From contig OZ024766.1 in assembly GCA_964016885.1 (NCBI GenBank), positions 5,828,001 to 5,892,000 of the forward strand: a stretch of DNA of 64,000 bases, written 5' to 3'. Origin of the DNA: Eledone cirrhosa. Its lineage: Eukaryota. Position numbers and translations under genes: made by a program. Below, piece after piece: positions 1-10,966 of this stretch. A model generated the notes under the pieces. The model was not told the DNA's origin. It saw only the letters and a list, made by a program, of their open reading frames with translations, and made no database searches. Positions within the stretch are counted from its first letter, which is position 1. Each line of letters starts with the position of its first letter.

Positions 1-4
1 AATG

Positions 5-47
<43 letters not shown>

Positions 48-50
<3 letters not shown>

Positions 51-394
51 TTGTTCCCCGGTATTCGCTGGGGCTACATTCCGAGACCACCCGCGAAGAG
101 TGAAAAACCGCGGATATTGGACATGGTCCATAAAAATGCCTATAAACCTCAAATATAAAAAAAGCAGCGTCTTATGCGAAGGCGCGTCCAATAGGCCGGC
201 AAATATGGTATATTGTTATTAATAATTTAGTGTTAAAATATATATATATATATATATATATTGGCACGAAAAAAGCCATTAAAACATCGCGGAAGATATT
301 TACGATTCCGCGAATATGCGGTGGTTTCTACGTATAATTATTAGTTAGGTTCTAAGGAAAATTCCGCGAATGTCGGGATATATATACCTTTGTA

Positions 395-397
<3 letters not shown>
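48..397. mobile_element. Tigger/pogo-type MITE remnant
   Basis: Starts TA-CAGTTGTTCCCCGGTATTCGC..TTCC.GACC..CCGCG, resembling MER2/Tigger-like ends; ends ACTG-TA; right TIR is degenerate. Confidence 0.5.
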
Positions 398-434
<37 letters not shown>

Positions 435-552
435 TACAAAGGTCACAAAAGATCTTTGACAATAAACAACCAATCACCAAAAATTTATTATATATACATA
501 ATATATGTGCGTGTATATATGTGCGTTTATATATATATATATGCATGTGTAT

Positions 553-1160
553 GTCAGGTCACCAGTTGATGCTACTGGTAACATGTATCCCAGTACAACC
601 TGTCGCATGGTCGGGTCATTGGCGACTAAACTGGCAACCCCACCAAGGTTTCTTGGTGAGGAGGGTGACTTTGGACATCCTGCAGGACTAAAAATAAAAC
701 CTGTTAAAGGGCAAAGGAGCTCTTAAGAGTCAATGGCCATCCAAAATCACCGGGAGAGATGACCCCTTAGCCTTTGTCAAGGCAGAATTCTAGAAGGAAA
801 ACTCTGATATAACACCTGCAACCCTGATGGTATCCAATGATGTTGACTTGTTCTTCTTTTTGGTAAATATCATCTTGGTTAAGAGAGTGGGACTGGCTTT
901 GTGCAGTGCCTTTGCTCACTATAAAAGCTTCACGGCACAGGCATTGCTTTATATCTGGAGATCTCTCTGCACTTGTCGTCACATGATACCATGGGCCCAG
1001 CACTATGTGTCAATAATTGTCACAAGTGTAGTGTTTGTACCAGAGTTTTCAAGTCGCTGGCTGGACTAAAAAGTCACACTCGTTCAGCGCATCGGTGGGG
1101 GTTCTCCTACATGGATATAAAGTAGTGGCCGTACTCGAAAACGAGTTGGCAGCCACCATA
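553..1160 (+). mobile_element. RTE-type LINE remnant (5' UTR joined to a C-terminal zinc finger and 3' end)
   Basis: 1027-1092 encodes CSVCTRVFKSLAGLKSHTRSAH (C2H2-like). The 5' part and 3' end match the elements at 35495-36036 and 52969-53714 on the opposite strand. Confidence 0.6.
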
Positions 1161-1359
1161 TGCATGTGTATGTATATATACTTACTTCTCAATAGTCTTG
1201 GTTCATTGCACATCCAGCTAAGCAAGATTGCTACATTTCTCTGCAGTACTCAGGGAGAAACCTTTTGTTGTCAACAGTGGAGGCAGCTCTCTAAACTTCT
1301 TCCATACTATCCTTATTCTAGCTGTTATACTCTCTTTAGTCTCCACTGCAGGCACAGCC

Positions 1360-2870
1360 CATGTAGCACCACATGTCCTCTGCAGTCACAACCCATGTTT
1401 CACTATCATGCAGCACCACATGTCCTCTGCAGTCACAGCCCATGTTTCACCACCATGCAGCACCACATGTCCTCTGCAGTCACAACCCATGTTTCACTGC
1501 CATGCAGCAGCACATGTCCTCTGCAGTCACAGCCCATGTTTCACTATCATGCAGCACCACATGTCCTCTGCAGTCACAACCCATGTTTCACTATCATGCA
1601 GCACCACATGTCCTCTGCAGTCACAGCCCATGTTTCACCACCATGCAGCACCACATGTCCTCTGCAGTCACAACCCATGTTTCACTGCCATGCAGCAGCA
1701 CATGTCCTCTGCAGTCACAGCCCATGTTTCACTATCATGCAGCACCACATGTCCTCTGCAGTCACAACCCATGTTTCACTATCATGCAGCACCACATGTC
1801 CTCTGCAGTCACAGCCCATGTTTCACCACCATGCAGCACCACATGTCCTCTGCAGTCACATCCCATGTTTCACCACCATACAGCAGCACATGTCCTCTGC
1901 AGTCACAGCCCATGTTTCACTGCCATGTAGCACCACATGTCCTCTGCAGTCACAGCCCATGTTTCACCACCATGTAGCACCACATGTCCTCTGCAGTCAC
2001 AGCCCATGTTTCACTGCCATGCAGCACCACATGTCCTCTGCAGTCACAGCCCATGTTTCACTGCCATGCAGCACCACATGTCCTCTGCAGTCACAGCCCA
2101 TGTTTCACCGCCATGCAGCACCACATGTCCTCTGCAGTCACAGCCCATGTTTCACTGCCATGCAGCACCACATGTCCTCTGCAGTCACATCCCATGTTTC
2201 ACTGCCATGCAGCAGCACATGTCCTCTGCAGTCACAGCCCATGCTTCACTACCATGTAGCACCACATGTCCTCTGCAGTCACAGCCCATGCTTCACTACC
2301 ATGCAGCAGCACATGTCCTCTGCAGTCACAGCCCATGTTTCACTACCATGTAGCACCACATGTCCTCTGCAGTCACAGCCCATGTTTCACTACCATGTAG
2401 CACCACATGTCCTCTGCAGTCACAGCCCATGCTTCACTACCATGCAGCAGCACATGTCCTCTGCAGTCACAGCCCATGTTTCACTACCATGTAGCACCAC
2501 ATGTCCTCTGCAGTCACAGCCCATGTTTCACTACCATGTAGCACCACATGTCCTCTGCAGTCACAGCCCATGCTTCACTACCATGCAGCAGCACATGTCC
2601 TCTGCAGTCACAGCCCATGTTTCACTGCCATGCAGCACCACATGTCCTCTGCAGTCACAGCCCATGTTTCACTGCCATGCAGCACCACATGTCCTCTGCA
2701 GTCACAGCCCATGTTTCACTGCCATGCAGCACCACATGTCCTCTGCAGTCACAGCCCATGTTTCACCACCATATGTCCTCTGCAGTCACAGCCCATGTTT
2801 CACCGCCATGCAGCACCACATGCCCTCTGCAGTCACTGTCCAAGTTTCACTGCCATGCAGCATCACACTT
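1360..2870. repeat. 47-bp tandem array derived from RTE ORF2 (MLHGSETWAVTAEDM segment, minus strand), ~32 copies
   Basis: Unit gcagcaccacatgtcctctgcagtcacagcccatgtttcactgccat; its reverse complement matches the RTE copy at 17348-17394. Confidence 0.9.
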
Positions 2871-3402
2871 CACGCACAGGCATCGGTGGAACTCCATTCA
2901 CATGTAAAGTGCACTGTGAAGTCTTCCTTGAGAGGACGAGTGTCTTAATTTTCACAGATTTGATTTTCATTCCAACCATGCATCACTTGGCATCAAACCT
3001 ATCAAGTGTATGTTGGCGATGATGATATATATAGACACACTCCATAATCCATCATCAGTTTACGTCCGTTTTTCTAAAAAATATATCATACACAAAACGC
3101 CAGCATCAACAGTTTTCCAAGAGATGTCAACATCAATGGACCTGCTTTTTTTCTTTAAAGACTGTTTTTTTCAATTCCAACCCGCCCGTCCCCTCAATCT
3201 ATCTTATTTCTCATTCTTTCTTCTGATGAAGGACCAACGTCCAAAACGCGAAGACCATCTTCCTGCTATTTCAAGTATTAACTTAATATATTCCTTCCAT
3301 ATACTCTACCGATTATGTTGTTATTTCTGTTTACCTTTTACATACATACATATATCTAAATATATATCATATATATCTATATATATATATATAAATATAT
3401 AT

Positions 3403-3734
3403 CATCATTTCATTATACGTCCACTTTCTCCCTGCTTGCAAGGGTTGGACGGGAACTGATTCTGGTTTGATTTCTGCAGCTGGATGCCCTTCCTAACACC
3501 AACCTCATTTACAGTGAGTGCTGGGTGCTTTTTTGCCGTGGCACCTCCACGACCACTTTGCAGTGGAATGATAGGGACCCCAGTCCCTATCATCTCATTT
3601 CTACAGCTGAGTAAACTGGAGCAATGTGAAATAAAGCGTCTTGCTCAAGGAAACAACACATCACCCAGTCTGAGAATTGAACTCACAACCTTTCGATTAC
3701 AAGGCCAATGCTCTAACCACTAAGCCATGTGCCT

Positions 3735-3736
<2 letters not shown>
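3403..3736 (-). mobile_element. tRNA-derived SINE family A (CORE/MESC-like body, RTE-derived tail); other copies at 9621-9958, 26663-27152, 37352-37704, 38883-39158, 46897-47160; partials at 48002-48134, 63493-63607, 38616-38720(+)
   Basis: Minus strand starts GGAGGCACATGGCTTAGTGG (A box) then GAGTTCAATTCT (B box), body CCTTGAGCAAGACACTTT..CAGTTTACTCAGCTGTAGAAATG, and a tail shared with the RTE 3' end plus (ATG)n. Confidence 0.88.
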
Positions 3737-3814
<78 letters not shown>

Positions 3815-4200
3815 CAGTAATCAAAGTTCAGTTTAAGTCATTTATTTGCTTACAATTGTTTCCTCCAAACCGAGGTTTGGATTCTTCGGAGCAGCTATTT
3901 ATAACATACTTGACCTCCTTTTCAACCCAAGAGACACATAAAACATATATATATATATGGAGTTTGAACTTTTGGGACTGTCCACAACCTGGGATGTTTC
4001 CATTGCATTGTAATGGTCCACTCAGTCTAGTGCGGACATAGCATCTGTTCATAAAAAATCTCATTCGAACACTCTATTGTTGAACTGCAGCTAACTACAA
4101 CACCTAAGGCGTTCGTGTGCTCCTGATATATTCCATATATCACCATGAGTCAACACTAGTGTCACCTTAGGATTTCTATAATAATATTATTATTATTTTA

Positions 4201-4388
4201 TGGTGGAATGGCAGTATCGGTAGAGGGTCGGACGCCATGCTTTCCAGCATAGTTACGTCCCTTTACGATCTGAGTTCAAATCCCGCCGAGGTTGACTTTG
4301 CCTTTCATCCTTACGGGGTCGATAAAATAAAGTACCAGTAATGCACTGGGTAATTGCTGGCCTTGTGCCTAAAGTAGAAACAATTATT
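4201..4388 (+). mobile_element. tRNA-derived SINE family B (Deu/Nin-domain-like); other copies at 10601-10781(-), 10837-11026, 29867-30065, 30150-30335(-), 30560-30785(-), 36180-36448, 53040-53212, 59281-59463
   Basis: A box TGGCAGTATCGG, B box GAGTTCAAATCC, central GCCTTTCATCCTTACGGGGTCGATAAAATAAAGTACC resembling the Deu/Nin SINE domain, and an AT-rich tail. Confidence 0.85.
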
Positions 4389-5092
4389 ATTACATGCCCT
4401 AATAATTACCATCTTGATTACCCTTATTACATCTTTTTACCCCCAGTTACATTTTTATAAATATGCATTACTTGGACTGATATGTGTATATATATATATA
4501 TATATCCTTATATATACGTCTCTTTTATATATATTTTTATATATATATTTTTGTGTATTTTATATGTTGTACATATATCACTTGTTGAACATAGCTTGAT
4601 AGCTTATGCATTTGCCAGTCTTATCTTTACCCACACCTTCCTTTATGGTGTATATTTTACTCCATTTTTTTTTTGGTGTATTGTTTTATTTATCTTCTGG
4701 TGTATATTTTACTTTACTTTATTTTATTTTATTTTATTTTATATCTTTTATCTATTTCTTATCTATTTTTTATCTACCTCTTATCTATTTTTTATCTATC
4801 TCTATCTCTTAACTTGTGCCCATCCGTCTGATATGTTATTTGTATTAGTGTATATTGTATGTGTTGCATACGGGTGCTTGTGTGTAGGTGCATGTGGGTG
4901 CTCATGCTTATGCGTATACTTGTATGTAGCTGTATGTTAACGGAACCCTGCCCAACTGTGAGTGATAACATTTTTATTTTTATTTTACTCCTTTTACTTT
5001 ACTCTTTAAACTCCTCCCAACTTATGGTATCCCCACATATATTCTTCTGTTTTGGCTTTGTCAATGCTTGTATACTATGTATTTACTCTTTA

Positions 5093-5138
5093 TGCTCTGA
5101 AGAGTCCCACTTCTAGTGTGGACGAAACACTGTTAGCA
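5093..5138 (+). ncRNA. type I hammerhead ribozyme motif (Penelope-like element type)
   Basis: TGCT-CTGAAGA-GTCC(CAC ttcta GTG t)GGAC-GAAAC-ACT-GTT-AGCA: stems I, II and III present; cleavage triplet GUU. Confidence 0.65.
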
Positions 5139-5273
5139 ATTAAAGATATACCTATGTTCTAAGCGCTCTTTGTTGTTAATTGTATTGTATATATATATAT
5201 ATATATATAAGCTCTGTACCCTACATAGAGCACTATTTTTTCCTGTACCTTTCTGACGGAAATACTTCATATA

Positions 5274-6153
5274 CAGGGTGCGGACGATATCTGTTTGCAA
5301 GATTACTGTCTAGGAAAAAATAACACAGTAGTTTTATTTTTTAAGATATATTTATACAACTTGGGTCAGTTTGTTTTCATGACTTGTTCTTTCAATCTCA
5401 CTCGATAAAACGCCATTGGCTTTGATGACGACCTCAGAACCGGCTACAGGCCTTCGTCACTGTCCCCCGACTTAGGCCCCTAAAGGCACTTGTGATCCTG
5501 GCCTTCAGATCGTCTTTCGTATTGCAGCTAGATCTGTTGGTGTCTCGTTCCACTGCGCCCCACACAAAGAAGTCGAGGGGGTTGCAGTCAGGCGAGCTGG
5601 GAGGCCAGATGTCAGTTGAAGTGTGGTCGACGAAGTTCTCTGACAGCCAGGCTTGGGTCTTTCGGCTGGTATGGCAGGGCGCTGAGTCTTGCTGCCACAC
5701 GTACGGCCTACCTGCAGCTACCTGGTTGATCCAGGGCTTTACTACCTCGCTCAGAACACGGATGTAGCCATCGGAGTTCAGCTTGAGGCCCTCAGGGAAG
5801 AAGTGAGGTGGCATGACGTCACCTTGACTGCTGACGACACCTAAGACCAATGTTGTCGCTGGAAACTTTGTCTGCATGACTCTGGACACGTCTTTGGATG
5901 AGACAACGAGCCACCTGTTGTTCTGGGAGTTGATCTTCTGGTCCTTATTTGTCCTCCCGGCGCGGATTCCAAGAAGAACTCCGTGTCTCTTCCTCAAATT
6001 TGGAGGTTCAAAATTATTCATAATCAATTATTCTGAAAATAAATAATGGAAATATAGTCACTGTTTTTATGAAGACAAGAGTGACAACGGAAGTAAAAAA
6101 ATTTGCATAAAATTAGCAGTTGAAAATTGCGAACAAATATCGTCCGCACCCTG
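5274..6153 (-). mobile_element. Tc1/mariner DD37D (maT) transposon, internally deleted
   Basis: 27-bp TIRs CAGGGTGCGGACGATATYTGTTYGCAA flanked by TA. ORF 5434..6027 has WQQDSAPCH..SPDCNPLD with 37 residues between the second and third Asp. The N-terminus is fused directly to the catalytic region, so the HTH and first Asp are missing. Confidence 0.92.
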
Positions 6154-6161
6154 TATATATA

Positions 6162-6195
<34 letters not shown>

Positions 6196-6327
6196 CACCC
6201 TGTATATATATATATATGTGTGTGTGTATATATATATATAACAAAGGAATTGTGGTAAGGAACCAAATGGACCATAACGCACCAGAGTACTCAATAATAC
6301 TTAGGGTAGTAGAGTAGAGTGGGAAAT

Positions 6328-6600
6328 AGGAAAAAGTATGACCCCGACGGCAGAGTTCAAGCCGCTACGACGGCTATTTCTGGACTGAATTAGAATTTTT
6401 AGCCTGGGGAATAAATAGCCGAACTTTTCAAGAGGGTGCTTCCTTATCAAGGGGGTACTTCCTTGGTTAAAATTTCTTGATAAGGAAGTACCCCCTTGAA
6501 AAGTTCGGCTATTTATTCACCAGGCTAAAAATTCTAATTTAGTCCAGAAATAGCCGTCGAAACGGCTTGAGCTCTGCCGTCGGGGTCCTACTTTTTCCTA
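6328..6600. repeat. imperfect inverted repeat (fold-back) of a dispersed element; the same family folds back at 60993-61103 and occurs at 17050-17215
   Basis: gaccccgacggcagagttcaagccg... and ...cggcttgagctctgccgtcggggtc are reverse complements. Confidence 0.8.
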
Positions 6601-6677
6601 TATATATATATAGATAGATAGACAACCACCAAAATAACCAAAGCAAAACAAAGACCAATGTTGTTGTTGTTGTTGTT

Positions 6678-6845
6678 TTAATTCTCAGAAGGTTTAATGG
6701 AATAGTCTTGTTTCCATAGAAACTCCTGTGTATACTTGACACCAATGTCACAGCTGTCACTGCAGGTGTATATAACGAGAGTGCCCCAGTCTATGCTGTC
6801 CTCAAGCAGGTCAACCCCCAGGTGGCTCAGTAACTGAGGCATTAC
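6678..6845 (-). CDS. PDCD2: PDCD2 exon 4 (VMPQLLSHL..SIDWGTLVIYTCSDSC..YTQEFLWKQD..EN*)
   Basis: ttctag acceptor; 168 nt including TAA at 6678-6680; IDWGTLxxYTC and EFxWKQ are PDCD2_C hallmarks. The spliced protein is 613 aa (from 16469) or 620 aa (from 16490). Confidence 0.95.
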   Translation of the reverse strand, partial: VMPQLLSHLGVDLLEDSIDWGTLVIYTCSDSCDIGVKYTQEFLWKQDYSIKPSEN

Positions 6846-6849
6846 CTAG

Positions 6850-6975
6850 AATAGAGAGAGAGAGAGAGGAATTAGTGTGTATATATATATATAGAGAGAG
6901 AGAGAGGTGTGTGTGTATATATATATATAGAGAGAGAGAGGTGTGTGTATATATATATATAGAGAGAGAGGTGTG

Positions 6976-7006
<31 letters not shown>

Positions 7007-7761
7007 GTGTGTGTATATATATATATAGAGAGAGAGAGGTGTGTGTATATATATATAGAGAGAGAGGTGTGTGTGTATATATATATATATAGAGAGAGAG
7101 GTGTGTGTATATATATATATATAGAGAGAGAGAGAGGTGTGTGTGTATATATATATATATAGAGAGAGAGGTGTGTGTATATATATATATAGAGAGAGAG
7201 AGGTTTGTGTATATATATATAGAGAGAGAGAGGTGTGTGTATATATATATATAGAGAGAGAGGTGTGTGTATATATATATATAGAGAGAGAGAGGTTTGT
7301 GTATATATATATAGAGAGAGAGAGGTGTGTGTATATATATATATAGAGAGAGAGGGGTGTGTATATATATATAGAGAGAGGTGTGTGTATATATATATAG
7401 AGAGAGAAAGGTGTGTGTATATATATATATAGAGAGAGAGAGGTGTATATATATATATATAGAGAGAGAGGTGTGTGTATATATATATATATAGAGAGAG
7501 AGAGGTGTGTGTATATATATACAGAGAGAGAAGTGTGTGTGTGTATATATATATAGAGAGAGAGAGGTGTATGTGTATATATATATATAGAGAGAGAGGT
7601 GTGTGTATATATATATATATATAGAGAGAGAGAGGTGTGTGTATATATATAGAGAGAGGTGTGTATATATATATATATAGAGAGAGAGAGGTGTGTGTAT
7701 ATATATATATAGAGAGAGAGAGAAAGGTGTGTGTATATATATATATATAGAGAGAGAGGTG

Positions 7762-7796
<35 letters not shown>

Positions 7797-7890
7797 GTGT
7801 TGTATATATATATATATAGAGAGAGAGAGGTGTGTGTATATATATATATATATAGAGAGAGGTGTGTGTATATATATAGAGAGACAGAGA
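6850..7890. repeat. compound (GA)n-(GT)n-(TA)n minisatellite in PDCD2 intron 3
   Basis: Visible ~30-bp periodic compound dinucleotide units. Confidence 0.9.
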
Positions 7891-8071
7891 AAGAGCTGTG
7901 TATATATTTATGTAGTATATATATATATATGTGTGTATGTGTGAGTATAAATATAGGGGTGTGTATATATTTATGTGTTATACATGTGTATGTGTCTGTA
8001 TAAAATAAAGAGGAATTGATGTAGTATACATGTGTGTGTATATATAAAAGAGAGAAAGAAAGAAATTGGTG

Positions 8072-8103
<32 letters not shown>

Positions 8104-8126
8104 TGTGCGTAAGACATGATACATAC

Positions 8127-8243
8127 CTGAAACTCAGGAATACGTTTAGCTCCACATGTAGAACAAGGTGGGACGGTGTCTTTACTGGGTATGTTTTCTG
8201 TCGATACCCACAACATCTCCCCGCCTAGTTGGTACCGTAACAC
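8127..8243 (-). CDS. PDCD2: PDCD2 exon 3 (VLRYQLGGEMLWVS..PPCSTCGAKRIPEFQ)
   Basis: ttactag acceptor and gtatgt donor; 117 nt; PDCD2_C QVLRY and CGAKR.EFQ motifs. Confidence 0.94.
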
Positions 8244-8332
8244 CTAGTAATGAAGTAAGGAGAACAAATTGTAAAACAAACACTGTGTTTAATACAGACA
8301 CCTCAGTAATAATACTAACTAGACCACCTGTG

Positions 8333-8830
8333 ACTTAACACCAATGAGACTAAGACGGACTTTAACTCTGTGATGGACTGGTGTCCTGTCCAGGGGGAAG
8401 TCTTGTACTCTCAGTCACTTAACACCAATGAAACTAAGATAGACTTTAACCCTGTGGTGGACTGGTGTCCTGTCCAGGGGGAAGTCTTGTACTCTCAGTC
8501 ACTTAACACCAATGAAACTAAGGCAGACTTTAACCCTGTGATGGACTGGTGTCCTGTCCAGGGGGAAGTCTTGTACTCTCAGTCACTTAACACCAATGAA
8601 ACTAAGACAGACTTTAACCCTGTGATGGACTGGTGTCCTGTCCAGGGGGAAGTCTTGTACTCTCAGTCACTTAACACCAATGAAACTAAGACAGACTTTA
8701 ACCCTGTGATGGACTGGTGACCTGTCAGGGGGAAGTCTTGTACTCTCAGTCACTTAACACCAATGAAACTAAGACAGACTTTAACCCTGTGATGGACTGG
8801 TATCCTGTCCAGGGGGAAGTCTTGTACTCT
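8333..8830. repeat. 81-bp tandem array, ~6 copies (SINE-like segment aaccctgtgatggactgg)
   Basis: The ORF 8370..8720 repeats a 27-aa unit, i.e. 81 bp. Confidence 0.88.
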
Positions 8831-9045
8831 GTTGCTTCACGCCACGAAGACAGAATAAGCACTGGACTGATGAGTGTCCAGGGTGGAGACAAACTTCAGA
8901 CTTCGAAAGATGGGTGTAAGATGTTTGGGCAGGGGCGCAAATGTCACTGCTTGGCGTAGGCACTATTTTCCCTAGTTATGCCTCTGGGGAGGGGAAAATT
9001 CCATGACTGGGTGTCAATCCAAGCTGGAAAACCTGGAAAACTCAC

Positions 9046-9362
9046 CTGCTCCGGGTCGTTCCGAATACGCCGTCGGAATTTGAGGAACTGCTTGTCGTCG
9101 GTGGTCTCCTTGCGTGCATACGTCTCTAGGTCTGTCATTGACTGACGGTCCAACAGCTGACCGTCGTCGCTTCGAACTTTCGTCTTCTTTGGCTTTGGTT
9201 TGACGAGGTTGGACAAACCGTCACCGTCACCGTGACCGCCACATTCGCCGTCGCTGGCATCATCTTCGCTGTTGTCATGGTAATCGCTGTCCAATTCCTC
9301 TGTCTCTGTCACAAGTTCGTGCTCCTTGAATAAAACCCCAGGCTGGTCTCGGCTGGAAACAC
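9046..9362 (-). CDS. PDCD2: PDCD2 exon 2 (..[28 protein letters not shown])
   Basis: ataccag acceptor and gtgagt donor; 317 nt, phase 1 in and 0 out; resembles PDCD2 LFPEFEIV and DPEQ. Confidence 0.92.
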
Positions 9363-9494
9363 CTGGTATACCATAAAATAGAGGAGATTATATATATATA
9401 TATATACATACATACATACATAAATATATATACACATATATACATAAATATATATATACACATATATATATATATACATACATATATATACACG

Positions 9495-9526
<32 letters not shown>

Positions 9527-9961
9527 TAGGTATATATATATATATACACATACACATACTACATATTTTATATATATATATATACATATATACTCACACA
9601 CACATTATATATATATGCCTATCATCATCATTTCATTTTACGTCCGCTTTTCCCTGCTCGCAAGGGTGGGACGGGAACTGATCCTGGCTTGATCTCTACA
9701 GCTGGATGCCCTTCCTAACACCAACCTCATTTACAGTGAGTGCTGGGTGCTTTTTTGCCGTGGCACCTCCACGTCCACTTTGCAGTGGAATGATAGGGAC
9801 CCCAGTCCCTATCATCTCATTTCTACAGCTGAGTAAACTGGAGCAATGTGAAATAAAGTGTCTTGCTCAAGGAAACAACACATCACCCGGTCTGAGAATT
9901 GAACTCACAACCTTTCGATTGCAAGGCCAATGCTCTAACCACTAAGCCATGTGCCTCCATC

Positions 9962-10140
<179 letters not shown>

Positions 10141-10447
10141 CCAGAATCAGTTCCCGTATGAGCAAGGCATGGTCAGCCGACCGGACACTGCCCACAACAG
10201 GACAACCCGTCTAACCCATGCTAGCGTGGAAGAACGGACGTTAAACGGTGATGATGATGATAATATATATACTATATATATATATATATATAGTAATAAT
10301 AATAAATTTGAAGACTAAAATCCAAAGAGGGCTCGATAAGGATAAATATATATCAAATATATAAGAACCGTAGGGCAAATAGTTTCAGAAGATCCCGTTA
10401 AGGGTGAAAGCAGCGATTCTTTGCTTAAACTTTAATCTGTTATTTTA

Positions 10448-10478
<31 letters not shown>

Positions 10479-10966
10479 ATTGTTTCTACTTTAGGCACAA
10501 GGCCAGCAATTACCCAGTGCATTACTGGTACTTTATTTTATCGACCCCGTAAGGATGAAAGGCAAAGTTGACTTCGGCGGGATTTGAACTCAGATATATA
10601 TAATTGTTTCTACTTTAGGCACAAGGCCAGCAATTACCCAGTGCATTACTGGTACTTTATTTTATCGACCCCGTAAGGATATAAGGCAAAGTTGACCTCG
10701 GCGGGATTTGAACTCAGAATGGAAAGGGCCGTAACTCTATGCGTTATAGCATGACGTCCGACCCTCTACCTATACTGCCATATTATATATATACTCACAA
10801 TGTAAATACAATATACACACATTAAATATATATATATGGCGGTGAATTGGCAGTATCGGTAGAGGGTCGGACGCCATGCTTTGACGCATAGAGTTACGGC
10901 CCTTGCCATTCTGAGTTCAAATCCCGCCGAGGTTAACTTTGCCTTTCATCCTTACGGGGTCGATAA

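Noticed and set aside
1035-2948. 637-aa His/Cys-rich ORF and overlapping ORFs
   Set aside because: 47-bp tandem repeat that is open in all three frames; antisense of a LINE fragment.
3665-3736. tRNA-like sequences (SINE heads, apparent GCA anticodon)
   Set aside because: Acceptor and anticodon stems do not pair properly and each continues into a SINE body.
10383-10425. CAGAAGA-TCCC..GGGT-GAAAG hammerhead-like string
   Set aside because: Core is altered and there is no convincing stem I or III; at best a decayed copy.
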